Source: Pyrobaculum sp.
GTDB taxonomy: Archaea; Thermoproteota; Thermoprotei; Thermoproteales; Thermoproteaceae
Direction of reading: 5' to 3'
Assembly (NCBI GenBank): GCA_046293555.1
Contig: JBKBOT010000011.1
Span: 1 to 48,889 of the forward strand
Length of the DNA: 48,889 bases
In this document: piece after piece, positions 9,394 through 20,315 of the stretch
Position numbering within the stretch: the first letter of the stretch is position 1
Layout: the number at the start of each line of letters is the position of its first letter
Position numbers and translations under genes: made by a program
Notes under the pieces: model-generated
What the model was told of the DNA's origin: nothing
Seen by the model: only the letters and a program-made list of their open reading frames with translations
Databases searched by the model: none

Positions 9394-9833
9394 ATATCCA
9401 CTACGTATTGTAACGCCCAATATCCATCTGCCCTCCTTATTTCCAACATGTGGAAAGTCATCGCCTTTACAATCAGTCCAGTAAAGCCGTGTTTCCCCAC
9501 GTCGTAACCCTCGCCGTGGACTACAGCATCTAGCTTGTAGCTATCGTCTTGTCTTATGGATAGATCTATCTGTCTACTAAAGGCGAACTTCTCTCCGTCG
9601 AATAGGTATAACAGCTCGTCAATCCACTTAAACAACAGCCCCTCTAAGTCTTCATACTCCACATATATCCTCTTTGGGTATCTCGGCTCCACCCTATTGC
9701 TATAATACGTCAAATCCGCTAGGGCAATAGCCGCGTTTCTAAAAGCCTCCTCCAGCGTACAGCCATAAGCCGTTATTAACACATCTGCCGTATGTTCTCC
9801 ATATCTGTAGTCTCCAGGCTTGCCGCAAGACAC
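9390..9833 (-). CDS. Archease (RtcB cofactor)
   Basis: EHTADV, 'LEEAF.NAA.A', 'VKAMTFH', C-terminal 'VVDI'. Confidence 0.95.
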   Translation of the reverse strand: MSCGKPGDYRYGEHTADVLITAYGCTLEEAFRNAAIALADLTYYSNRVEPRYPKRIYVEYEDLEGLLFKWIDELLYLFDGEKFAFSRQIDLSIRQDDSYKLDAVVHGEGYDVGKHGFTGLIVKAMTFHMLEIRRADGYWALQYVVDI

Positions 9834-9877
9834 ATAGAGGTGGGGGGCTCTTTTTTAAAACTTAACTTATTTCACAC

Positions 9878-10531
9878 ATGAGGCTCCAAGTGGCGCTAGA
9901 CTTGGTGGACTTACGTAAGGCGATAGAGTTGACGCGACAGCTATGTGCGGCGGGGCTAGAGCTAGTAGAGGCAGGCACGCCGCTGATAAAAACCTACGGC
10001 CTTTCTTCAGTAAGCGCGCTAAAAGCCGCCTGCCCCGGCGCAGAGGTTGTGGCAGATCTCAAGACTGCAGACGTCGGGCGGCTAGAGGCGCAGCTAGCTA
10101 AAGAGTTTGGGGCAGATTGGGGAACCGTATTGGGCGCCACAAATATGGAAACCATAGTGGAGTTTATAAACGCCGGGAGGGAAATAGCCCTAAAGACAGC
10201 TGTGGACCTAATAGGCGTTTCAAACCCGGTGGAGAGAGCTAGAGAGGTCCTAAAGGCCGCGAGGCCCGACCTGTTTGTCTTCCACCTCGGCGTTGACGTC
10301 CAGAAAAAGGCCGGGCTGAAGTTTGAACAGCTTCTAGATGCGGCATGTGAGGTGAGAACTCAAGGCGTCGCCGTGGCTATAGCTGGGGGAATTACGGAAA
10401 GAGAAGTAGAAATTATCACAAGAGGCAGGAGACAGATAGACGTGGTAATTGTGGGGAGAGCCATAACGGGCGATATGTCGCCAGTAACGAGGTTCATAGC
10501 TATAAACAAAATTTTAAAATCCCTAAAGTAA
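9878..10531 (+). CDS. hps: 3-hexulose-6-phosphate synthase (OMP decarboxylase/HPS family)
   Basis: LQVALD, EAGTPLIK, VADLKTAD, HLGVD, AGGI, IVGRAI. Confidence 0.88.
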   Translation: MRLQVALDLVDLRKAIELTRQLCAAGLELVEAGTPLIKTYGLSSVSALKAACPGAEVVADLKTADVGRLEAQLAKEFGADWGTVLGATNMETIVEFINAGREIALKTAVDLIGVSNPVERAREVLKAARPDLFVFHLGVDVQKKAGLKFEQLLDAACEVRTQGVAVAIAGGITEREVEIITRGRRQIDVVIVGRAITGDMSPVTRFIAINKILKSLK

Positions 10532-10540
10532 TACAGCCGT

Positions 10541-11127
10541 ATGAAGTTAGTACTGGTGGCTCTGGCTGGCAGCGGTAAGACTACAATCATGAATTTTGTT
10601 AGGGAGAGGCTTCCCGACGTGAGAATTGTCAATTTTGGCGATGCGATGTTGGAAATTGCCAGGAGGAAATTTGGTATTGAGAATAGAGACGACATGCGGA
10701 AAAAAATTCCGGTGGAGGAATATAGGAAGATCCAAGAGGAGGCTGCCGAACATATTGCCTCTATTCAGGGAGACGTCATCATAGATACACACGCCTCTAT
10801 AAAGATCGGCGGTGGTTACTACCCAGGGCTGCCAAACCGCGTGGTCTCTAAGTTAAGGCCAGACGTAATACTAGTAATTGAATACAGCCCAAAGGTGATA
10901 CTAGAGAGAAGACGCAAGGACCCCACTAGATTTAGGGAGATAGAGAGCGAGGAGGAGATAGAACAACACCAACAGGCCAATAGATACTTCGCCTTCGCTG
11001 CGGCAAACGCCAGCGAGAGCACTGTACACATACTGGACTTTAGGGACAAGGTGGAGGAGAGGCCGTTTGTACATGCTGAGCTTGCCGCCGAGTATATAGT
11101 AAATCTTTTCCTCAAGGCCAGAGGGAA

Positions 11128-11131
<4 letters not shown>
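10541..11131 (+). CDS. adkA: Archaeal adenylate kinase
   Basis: AGSGKTT P-loop, NFGD.M, RDDMRK, DTHA..K..GYYPGLP, RR..D.TR.R. Confidence 0.95.
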
Positions 11132-12688
<1,557 letters not shown>

Positions 12689-12701
12689 CAAGTTGTTATT
12701 T

Positions 12702-12750
12702 GTGATGTAGAGGTTTCCGGGGCGATAGGTGAGCGCGCCGCGGTTGCTGA
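12702..12750 (+). ncRNA. Box C/D methylation-guide sRNA candidate
   Basis: C-like GTGATGT (12702), 13-nt spacer, D' GCGA, C' TAGGTGA, 14-nt spacer, D CTGA (12747-12750). It fills the gap between egsA and a convergent gene. Confidence 0.7.
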
Positions 12751-12996
12751 CTAATAGAAATCCTCTATGTCTACAGGCAGAACTTCTATAATTGGCACAT
12801 CTAGAGGTACAAAATAGGCCCTAGTGCTTGGGACATGTGTAGAGGCCAGTAGCCCCACGTTGCCATAAAAAAACACGCCGACGGCAACGCCGAATTTGGG
12901 AAAGACAAGCCAGCCGGCTTTGTCCAGCTTCTTACCTACCTTAATCCATTTACCCGTCAGCTCTAATATTTCTAGTTTTTTAATTTTTCTCCCCAT
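12751..12996 (-). CDS. Small hypothetical protein
   Basis: ATG at 12996 (MGRKIKK...EDFY, 81 aa). The upstream in-frame extension lies in an extremely AT-rich tract and is probably not coding. Confidence 0.6.
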   Translation of the reverse strand: MGRKIKKLEILELTGKWIKVGKKLDKAGWLVFPKFGVAVGVFFYGNVGLLASTHVPSTRAYFVPLDVPIIEVLPVDIEDFY

Positions 12997-13195
12997 TATT
13001 TTGTTGATATATATCTCTATTCTATTATTTGGCAATCTTTTTATTATAGTTCTCTTATGTTTAATATTTTTAATGATAGTAGCGTTTTTAATGTTATTAA
13101 TATTCCTTCTATATATCTTTATATATTGTTGTTTTTTGTTGTGATTCTTTTTCACGCCACTCGAAATATTTAATTATATATCTTTTACTACTCAT

Positions 13196-14506
13196 GTGAC
13201 GGAAAGATGGTACCAGCTCTCTGTGGAGATACATAGAAAATATGGCGGCAAGATATCATTAATGCCGAAAGTACCCATTAGGACTATGGAAGACTTTGCG
13301 GTATACTATACGCCAGGCATCGCCGAGGTGACACGACAGATCTATAAAAACCCAGAGCTAGCCTTCGAGCTGACGGCACGGTGGAATCTAGTAGGCGTTA
13401 TAACAGACGGAACTAGAGTGTTGGGGCTGGGAAACGTGGGGCCGGAAGCCGCCTACCCCGTCATGGAGGGCAAGGCGCTGATTTTTAAATATCTGGGCGG
13501 AGTGGACGCAATACCGCTCCCAATTAGGGTAAAGACATCTGAGGAGTTTATCTTTGTGGTAAAGGCGCTTGAGCCAGCTCTAGGCGGCGTCAACCTAGAG
13601 GACGTCGAGTCGCCCAAGTGTTTTTACCTCCTCGAGAAGCTACGGGAGGAGCTTAAAATCCCCGTATGGCATGACGACCAACAAGGCACTGCCACAGCCG
13701 TGTTGGCTGGGCTAATAAACGCCTTGAAGATCGTTGGGAAGAAAATTGGCGACGTGGCTATAAGCCTGGTGGGCGCCGGCGCTTCAAATATCTACACCGC
13801 CAGGATCTTAATTAAATACGGCGTCAAGCCTGGAAACCTCATACTGGTAGACAGCAGGGGGATTTTACACCCGGAGAGAGACGATATAGACAAAATGATG
13901 TTAGAAAACCCCTGGAAGTATAAATACGCCATAGAGACAAACGCAGAGAGGCGAAAAGGCGGCATCGCCGAGGCTCTAAAAGGGGCAGATGTGGTCATAG
14001 CGGCGTCGAGGCCAGGGCCCGGGGTGATAAAAAAGGAGTGGGTCTCCACAATGAATAAAGACGCCGTGGTATTCGCCTTGGCGAACCCAATCCCCGAGAT
14101 ATGGCCCTGGGAGGCAAAGGAGGCGGGGGCAAAGGTAGTTGCCACAGGTAGAAGCGACTTTCCAAACCAGGTCAACAACTCTCTAGTCTTCCCAGCTGTC
14201 TTCAGGGGGGCACTCGACGTAAGGGCACAGATGATTACCGACGAGATGTTAATAGCGGCAGCAGAGGAGGTAGCCAAGTTTGCAGAAGAGAGGGGGCTAC
14301 ATGAGGAGTACATACTACCGAAAATGACCGAGTGGGAGGTCTACATCAGGGAGGCCGCCGCAGTGGCAGCCGCCGCGTCGGCGCAAAAGGTGGCAAGAAC
14401 GCCCAGGTCGTATAGAGAGGAGCTAGAAGTTGCCCGGGCTACAATAGAGAAGAACATCAAGACTCTGGAAGTGTTGGTAAAAGAAAAAATACTACCTATG
14501 CTCTAA
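13196..14506 (+). CDS. mae: Malic enzyme (NAD(P)-dependent malate dehydrogenase, decarboxylating)
   Basis: YYTPG, TDGTRVLGLG, MEGKA, NLED, HDDQQGTA, GAGA, ALANP, TGRSDFPNQVNN. Confidence 0.96.
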   Translation: MTERWYQLSVEIHRKYGGKISLMPKVPIRTMEDFAVYYTPGIAEVTRQIYKNPELAFELTARWNLVGVITDGTRVLGLGNVGPEAAYPVMEGKALIFKYLGGVDAIPLPIRVKTSEEFIFVVKALEPALGGVNLEDVESPKCFYLLEKLREELKIPVWHDDQQGTATAVLAGLINALKIVGKKIGDVAISLVGAGASNIYTARILIKYGVKPGNLILVDSRGILHPERDDIDKMMLENPWKYKYAIETNAERRKGGIAEALKGADVVIAASRPGPGVIKKEWVSTMNKDAVVFALANPIPEIWPWEAKEAGAKVVATGRSDFPNQVNNSLVFPAVFRGALDVRAQMITDEMLIAAAEEVAKFAEERGLHEEYILPKMTEWEVYIREAAAVAAAASAQKVARTPRSYREELEVARATIEKNIKTLEVLVKEKILPML

Positions 14507-15709
14507 CGGCACGTACTGCAGGTCGTGTGGCCCTAGGTAACAAGCACGGGGCCTAAATATCCTGTTGTTTTCCCAATATTCCAACACGTGTGCCACCCAC
14601 CCCACCACTCTCGACATGGCGAAAATGGGGGTAAAGTACTCATAGGGGATTCCCATGTAGTAAAAGGCGATGCCAGACCAAAAGTCCACGTTGGGGTATA
14701 GCTTCCTCTGTTGGAAATATGGGTGGCTTAAGACCTCATGTTCTATCGCCTCCGCGACGGCGTATAGGTTTTGTGGATCTCCAAATTTTGATACAAACTC
14801 TCTAGAGAACTCTTTAAATATCTTGGCTCTGGGGTCATATGCCTTATATACCCTATGCCCCACCCCCATGAGCTTCGGCCCCCCCGGCCTTGTGGCGGCC
14901 TCAACTAGTTCTCTAGCCTTACTGGGGTCTTTTAGCTCTAGGTAGTTTCTTACAGCCATCTCGTTGGCGCCGCCGTGTAGAGGCCCTTTCAACGCCCCCA
15001 GAGCTGCCGCAATTATAGAGTACATGTCGCTTAAAGTAGAGGCCACCACATGTGCGGCGAAGGTGCTAGCCGGCATCTCGTGGTCTGCGTGAAGTATTAA
15101 ATATAGATCGATTCCCCTCACGGCGAGGGGGGCCGGCTCTTTTCCAAACATCATGTATAGGAAGTTGGCAGAATGTGGCAAGTCTTGTCTCGGCCTCACT
15201 ATATCCACCCCGCGGGATAGCCTGTAGTGATAAGCCACAATAGTGGGAAGCTTTGCGACAAGCTTCTCCCCAACTCTCATGGAGAGTTCTCTTTCTGTAT
15301 ATCTACCTGCCCTCAAGGCCTCTACGAGCCTCAGGTTGTCTTCATCATATGCCCCCTCTACGGCAATTGCAGCCTCTAGTGCAAACATGGGGTGGGCCCC
15401 CGCCAGATTTCTCACCACCTCTACGGTGGCTGGGTGGAGGTCTCGAAACGACCTCAGGCGCTGTATGTAGCTGTCAAGTTCTGTCTTGTTGGGAAGCCTG
15501 CCGTAAAGTATGAGGTAAGACACCTCCTCGTAGTTTGAAAAACGGGCGAGGTCCTCCACTCTGTACCCTCTATACCATAGAACCCCCTTTTCGCCATCTA
15601 TGTCGCTAATTGTGGAGACTTTAACTAAGACGTCTTCTAGCCCATGTATTATGGGGCCACAAGAAGTTTGAAATATCTTGCCGCTTGTTTTTATCAATAC
15701 TTCACTCAT
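14492..15709 (-). CDS. gltA: Citrate synthase (possibly also 2-methylcitrate synthase)
   Basis: GLEDV, LWYRGY, HADHE, GPLHGGA, GVGHRVY..DPRA, YPNVDF. Confidence 0.95.
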   Translation of the reverse strand: MSEVLIKTSGKIFQTSCGPIIHGLEDVLVKVSTISDIDGEKGVLWYRGYRVEDLARFSNYEEVSYLILYGRLPNKTELDSYIQRLRSFRDLHPATVEVVRNLAGAHPMFALEAAIAVEGAYDEDNLRLVEALRAGRYTERELSMRVGEKLVAKLPTIVAYHYRLSRGVDIVRPRQDLPHSANFLYMMFGKEPAPLAVRGIDLYLILHADHEMPASTFAAHVVASTLSDMYSIIAAALGALKGPLHGGANEMAVRNYLELKDPSKARELVEAATRPGGPKLMGVGHRVYKAYDPRAKIFKEFSREFVSKFGDPQNLYAVAEAIEHEVLSHPYFQQRKLYPNVDFWSGIAFYYMGIPYEYFTPIFAMSRVVGWVAHVLEYWENNRIFRPRACYLGPHDLQYVPLEHR

Positions 15710-15776
15710 GGCATATTTCTGTCAACCCACCTAAAATTGTTACTTTATTTTTCTCTATATAGCTACTTAGCCAAAA

Positions 15777-15824
15777 TCAGATAGGATGCCGACTGTCACA
15801 CCTCCGCCGGGTTCTAATCATCAT
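15777..15824 (-). ncRNA. Box C/D methylation-guide sRNA candidate
   Basis: Minus strand reads ATGATGA-TTAGAACCCGG-CGGA-GGTGTGA-CAGTCGGCATCCTAT-CTGA. C and D boxes are perfect, and the C box overlaps the TGA stop of the upstream ORF. Confidence 0.85.
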
Positions 15825-16384
15825 TTTTCTCTAAAAACTTCTCTACATTTAAACTCGACGACGGCTAGGGCATCTGAAAAGGTGTCGCCACATGTGACCA
15901 CCACTGTGGAGCCTCGTTTGGCACGGCTTTTTACGAGCTCCGCCATAGATCTGCTGTATTTCTCCAGGGTTTCGCCACCTGGCGGCAATATGGGCGAGTC
16001 CCCCATCTCTACGATCAACGCGCCACATGCGCCAAGGCCTACCAATCTGTCGCGAGTTTTCACCACGTTGTCCACACTGCCCATAGTTACATAGGCCACA
16101 CATCTCTTTCCACAAAGCAGCCTATTCGCCTCGTCGACAGGGAAGAAGTCTATTATTCCACATATCTCTAGTGCCTCTTTTAGAAAAGAGAGGCCCACCT
16201 CTGTGATCTTGGCGCCGCCTCTCAACACTGTTACGTGTCCCAGATCTCTCCCGCCTTCCAGAAGGGCCCTCACCACGCCCTCCCCCACCTTAAGCTCGTC
16301 GGATAGGTTCTTCCTACCTCTTGGGGTGTTAGAACTGGCGAGAAGTGAAAGTAGCTGTAGATATACAACCTCCCTGCTTTTCAT
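15821..16384 (-). CDS. HTH-containing protein (DUF4443-like, putative regulator)
   Basis: N-terminal 'GRKNLSDELKVGEGVVR.LL' winged-helix pattern. C-terminal 'RD.LV..GA.GALI...PILPPG'. Confidence 0.65.
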   Translation of the reverse strand: MKSREVVYLQLLSLLASSNTPRGRKNLSDELKVGEGVVRALLEGGRDLGHVTVLRGGAKITEVGLSFLKEALEICGIIDFFPVDEANRLLCGKRCVAYVTMGSVDNVVKTRDRLVGLGACGALIVEMGDSPILPPGGETLEKYSRSMAELVKSRAKRGSTVVVTCGDTFSDALAVVEFKCREVFREK

Positions 16385-16440
16385 TAGCCAGATCTATTTA
16401 TGTCATTAAAAATTTTTAAATGGGATGTATTAATTCAGCG

Positions 16441-17784
16441 ATGTCGACAGCAAGAATAGAGGAGGTGAGGGGGCAGTTTGAACGATTTGCGGCACATAGC
16501 CACATCAAGGGGCTGGGGGTAAGAGATGGGGTGGAATTTGTGGCAGATGGCTTTGTGGGGCAGGTAGAGGCGCGGACGGCGGCTTACATCATCGTGAAGA
16601 TGATTAAAGAGGGGAAATTCGCCGGAAGGGGGGTCTTGATAGTGGGGCCTCCTGGTACTGGCAAGACGGCGCTAGCTATTGGAATCGCCCGGGAGCTAGG
16701 CCGCGAGACTCCCTTCGTGGCGCTTTCTGGGGGGGAGATCTACTCTCTTGAGGTAAAGAAGTCGGAATTTTTAATGAGGGCCATGAGGCGCACTATTGGC
16801 GTCAAGACGAGAGAGTGGAGAAAGGTATATGAGGGGGAGGTGGGGTCGATAGAGTTTAGACAGGGGCGGCATCCCTACAACCCCTACCTACAGAGAGTCC
16901 TCGGCGCAACAATTAAGCTGAGGACAAAAGACGAAGAGAAAACCCTCCGCGTCCCCCCCGAGATTGCACAACAGCTTATAGAGCTGGGGGTTGAGGAGGG
17001 AGATATAATAATGATTGACGAAGGGACTGGGGCCGTCTCGTTAATAGGCAGGGGGGAGGGGGGAGAGCAATATGATGTCTCTGTAAGACGGAGGGCTGAG
17101 CCCCCCAAAGGCCCCGTCTATAAGGAGAAGGAGATCGTGAGGTTCTTCACGCTACACGACATAGATATGTCTCTAGCCAAACAACGGGGACTTGTCTCAG
17201 TGATGTTATTCGGCTTTGCGGAAGAAACTAGAGAGATCCCCGACGAGATTAGGAGGCAGACAGACGAGATTGTGAAAAAAGCCGTTGAGGAAGGCAAGGC
17301 GGAGCTTGTGCCCGGAGTATTGTTTATAGACGACGCCCATCTGTTAGACATAGAGAGCTTTTCCTTCCTAATGAGGGCCATGGAGGCGGAGTTTGCCCCA
17401 ATTATCATCATGGCTACAAATAGGGGGATTGCAAAAATAAGGGGTACAGACATAGAGGCCCCACATGGAGTTCCACAAGACATGTTAGACAGATTGGTTA
17501 TCATAAAGACTAGGCCATACAACGCAGAAGAGATAAGAGAGATAATAACCATAAAGGCTAGAGAGCAGAACATATTGTTAACAAGAGAGGCGTTAGAGCT
17601 CCTCACGTCTATAGGCGTAGAGCACTCTCTTAGATATGCATTACAGCTGCTGACTCCCGCATATATGGTCAAAAAGGGCGACGCGGTGGATAGGGGAGAT
17701 GTAGAATACGTGAGGCGGCATTTCGCCTCGATAAAAGAGTCCGTAGAGTATGTAAAACAGCTAGAAGAGAAATTCCTTAAGTGA
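16441..17784 (+). CDS. TIP49/RuvB-like (Rvb1/2-type) AAA+ ATPase
   Basis: AHSHIKGLG, Walker A GPPGTGKTA, SGGEIYSLEVKKSE, TLHDID, PGVLFIDDAH, ATNRG, PHGVP.D.LDRL, SLRYALQLL. ATG 16441 lies about 22 nt after TTTTTAAA. Confidence 0.95.
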   Translation: MSTARIEEVRGQFERFAAHSHIKGLGVRDGVEFVADGFVGQVEARTAAYIIVKMIKEGKFAGRGVLIVGPPGTGKTALAIGIARELGRETPFVALSGGEIYSLEVKKSEFLMRAMRRTIGVKTREWRKVYEGEVGSIEFRQGRHPYNPYLQRVLGATIKLRTKDEEKTLRVPPEIAQQLIELGVEEGDIIMIDEGTGAVSLIGRGEGGEQYDVSVRRRAEPPKGPVYKEKEIVRFFTLHDIDMSLAKQRGLVSVMLFGFAEETREIPDEIRRQTDEIVKKAVEEGKAELVPGVLFIDDAHLLDIESFSFLMRAMEAEFAPIIIMATNRGIAKIRGTDIEAPHGVPQDMLDRLVIIKTRPYNAEEIREIITIKAREQNILLTREALELLTSIGVEHSLRYALQLLTPAYMVKKGDAVDRGDVEYVRRHFASIKESVEYVKQLEEKFLK

Positions 17785-18216
17785 CCTTATTTTGTATATA
17801 TTGTAGATTGAATATATTATCAAGATCTGGCCGATGTCTAGGTATGTCTGTGTGACCTCTCCCACCTTTATGGTATAAAACAGTGGGTAGATAGAGACGC
17901 CATATCCAGGTGGCGACGAGGTGAACAATAACGTGAGGTAGTGAAATACGGCAGTAGCTATAGACAGCATGGCAAACGTCCACCTCGCCCTTTCGTTTAT
18001 ACGTACAAAAAACGTGGCCACTATGGCTGCAAATAGTAGTGTGATAAACGCCACTGTAACCCTCCACGTGTAAAGCCAGAGAGGTGTCCCCCTCACGACG
18101 CCTTGAGAAGTTAACACCTTGTCTGCAGGGGGCCTGAAGGCATCTGAGATAAACGCCTCTATAGGCAAAAACGCAGACATTACGGCAGCTATGACAAGTA
18201 GTAACACCAGCCTCAT
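17761..18216 (-). CDS. Hypothetical membrane protein
   Basis: About four hydrophobic segments. Start coupled to the M50 protease stop (ATGA). Confidence 0.7.
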   Translation of the reverse strand: MRLVLLLVIAAVMSAFLPIEAFISDAFRPPADKVLTSQGVVRGTPLWLYTWRVTVAFITLLFAAIVATFFVRINERARWTFAMLSIATAVFHYLTLLFTSSPPGYGVSIYPLFYTIKVGEVTQTYLDIGQILIIYSIYNIYKIRSLKEFLF

Positions 18217-19718
18217 CTTATAGACTGTAGTATCTTATACTGCTCCCCCAAGAGGCCTAGAGTTATGTTAAACATCAACAAGACGGCTAACATCCACGTG
18301 ACTGCCGCCACGACCTTCTTGCCGCTTTTCTCGCCAAACCTCCTCTGGGCCACCACAGCTAACATCTGGCCGCCGTCCAGCGGGTAGATGGGTAAGGCGT
18401 TTAACACCGCCAGCCCGTAGTTTACCACCACGAGCCAAAATACAAGCTTGGCGAAATCTGTGTTATACATGTCGTCTCTCGTGATGGGGCCCCAGTCGAG
18501 CCCCCAGAAGGGGAGGCTCCCAAACCCTACGCCAAAGTAGATCCTGCCGTCTCTCTCTATAAGCGTCATGTTGAGCTCTATGGCTTTATTTCTCTCTACC
18601 GTCACTCTGACCACCTCCCCCGGCCTACATATCTGCCTAAGTTCCAGCAAGGTGGCCATAAGCTCGCCGCTCCACGTGATCTCTCTCGAGAGGCCACAAC
18701 CCTCGATTTTCCTCACCACGTCTCCCTCTCTCACGCCGGCTTGATACAACGAGCCGTCTTGATACAGCCAGACTATCCTGGGGGGTGTGGCAAAGTGGGA
18801 GAAATCTACTGACACCTGGTATCTCTCAAGCCAGCTGCTCGCCACCAGGGTGACCTTGTCGCCAGGCCTGCAGAGAGCAGTCTGGTTTATCCCCAATAGG
18901 GGACCCAAGCCGGCGAGCACGTTTATCTTTGTTATAAAGTCGTCTGGAGAGTACACCTTGTCTCTATACCCACAGCCCTCTATCTCAACCACGCGGTCGC
19001 CAGCCTCTATCCCCACCGCCGACTTTCCAAACGCCACCCCATATAGCCCCAGCCACGCGCCCAACACGCCGATAGCCATAGCCGTCACGGCGAGAACGAC
19101 GTTTATTGCCACCCCGCTGGCCAACACGGCGAGTTTCGCCTCGGTCCTTGCCTCTTTGAATTTCTCCTCGTCGGGCTCCACAAAGGCCCCGCTGAGGATA
19201 TAAAAGAGGGAGAAAACCCCCACGCTTTTTATCGGGATTCCATATCGCAACGCGGCGTAGCCGTGCATAAACTCGTGGAGAGCCACGGCGACCACAATGG
19301 CTATGGCTATGTACGGCAGTTGATCCCAGGGGAGGGTTATCCCGGGGATTATGGGAGTTACGCCTGCAGAACGGGCGGCGGCCTCCTGCACGGTGGCGCC
19401 GCCTAGCAGCTTCTGCGCCGCGTTTATAGTGCCCCCAAGTAGCATATATATAAAGCCTGATATCAGCTGGATCTCTCCACTCGGCCTAACAAAAGGCATA
19501 AATAAAAACACTGGGAGCAACGCCAGAAAAATCACTAGGGCCAGATATAACCTGAGTGGTATAAAACTCAGCCTCTTTGTAAAAAACTCAATATATTTCG
19601 CCATGTTTTCATTTTTCCAATATATCGCGACAAAATACCTCACAGCCTTTCTGTTTATCGCATAGACAGTAGCCACTACGGCGAGCCAGCTTATTATAAA
19701 TATCAACCACGTCTCCAC
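18213..19718 (-). CDS. Site-2 protease (M50) intramembrane metalloprotease with PDZ-like domains
   Basis: HEFMH, GAFVEPD, NALPIYPLDGG, and two 'GI/V..GD.V' PDZ-type motifs. Confidence 0.93.
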   Translation of the reverse strand: METWLIFIISWLAVVATVYAINRKAVRYFVAIYWKNENMAKYIEFFTKRLSFIPLRLYLALVIFLALLPVFLFMPFVRPSGEIQLISGFIYMLLGGTINAAQKLLGGATVQEAAARSAGVTPIIPGITLPWDQLPYIAIAIVVAVALHEFMHGYAALRYGIPIKSVGVFSLFYILSGAFVEPDEEKFKEARTEAKLAVLASGVAINVVLAVTAMAIGVLGAWLGLYGVAFGKSAVGIEAGDRVVEIEGCGYRDKVYSPDDFITKINVLAGLGPLLGINQTALCRPGDKVTLVASSWLERYQVSVDFSHFATPPRIVWLYQDGSLYQAGVREGDVVRKIEGCGLSREITWSGELMATLLELRQICRPGEVVRVTVERNKAIELNMTLIERDGRIYFGVGFGSLPFWGLDWGPITRDDMYNTDFAKLVFWLVVVNYGLAVLNALPIYPLDGGQMLAVVAQRRFGEKSGKKVVAAVTWMLAVLLMFNITLGLLGEQYKILQSIR

Positions 19719-19745
19719 GGGGTCGTGGAGATGTCTATTTATAAA

Positions 19746-20315
19746 TTAAAACTCTGCCGTTGCCCCAGCGGAGAGCCTATAGACGTTAAAACGGCGTTCT
19801 AACTCTTTTACAAACTGCGGCGCCGTGTGTATAGGCGCAATACATCTAACACCTAAAAGCCTGAGCTCAGCCACAACTCTGTGAAGTAGATATGGGCTGT
19901 GGGCAGTGCCCCCCAGGCCTCCCACCACACACCGGGCCTTGACGCCACGTCTGGAGAGCCTGTGATAAGGCAACGTGTGGAGCCCACAGGGTAGAATGGC
20001 CACGTCTCTAGCCACTAACACGTTCTCTCTTTCTTTTAACACCACATACCTCTCGCCACGTATTTTCAAAACTAAATCCCCAGTGGGGTTAATCACCGGG
20101 ATTTTAAAAAAGGAAAAGCCCCCCACGTGATGCGGGTTGTCTGGCAGCCCCACGACGCCCACCAGCGGCTTTATCTCTCTTTTCGACAAAAAGAGGGCCA
20201 TCCCCTCTCTACTACAGCTATCAAAAAGCAGGAGGCCGTCTACCAACACGCCAAAGCCGTGACTTGGCTCAACCTCTCCAGGGTTTTCAGAACATATGGC
20301 AGTTATCTTAACCAC
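19746..20315 (-). CDS. Degenerate metallo-beta-lactamase-fold protein
   Basis: VKITAI.SE, HGFGVLV...LLFD, PCG, VGG, PIH.A layout of the MBL-fold hydrolase family. HxHxDH is replaced by LPDNPH. GTG at 20315 lies about 20-25 nt after TTTAAAAA. Confidence 0.6.
   Translation of the reverse strand: MVKITAICSENPGEVEPSHGFGVLVDGLLLFDSCSREGMALFLSKREIKPLVGVVGLPDNPHHVGGFSFFKIPVINPTGDLVLKIRGERYVVLKERENVLVARDVAILPCGLHTLPYHRLSRRGVKARCVVGGLGGTAHSPYLLHRVVAELRLLGVRCIAPIHTAPQFVKELERRFNVYRLSAGATAEF

Noticed and set aside
12896-13155. Hydrophobic 82-aa (+) ORF and K/I/N-rich extension (-)
   Set aside because: Both are compositional by-products of the T-rich tract.
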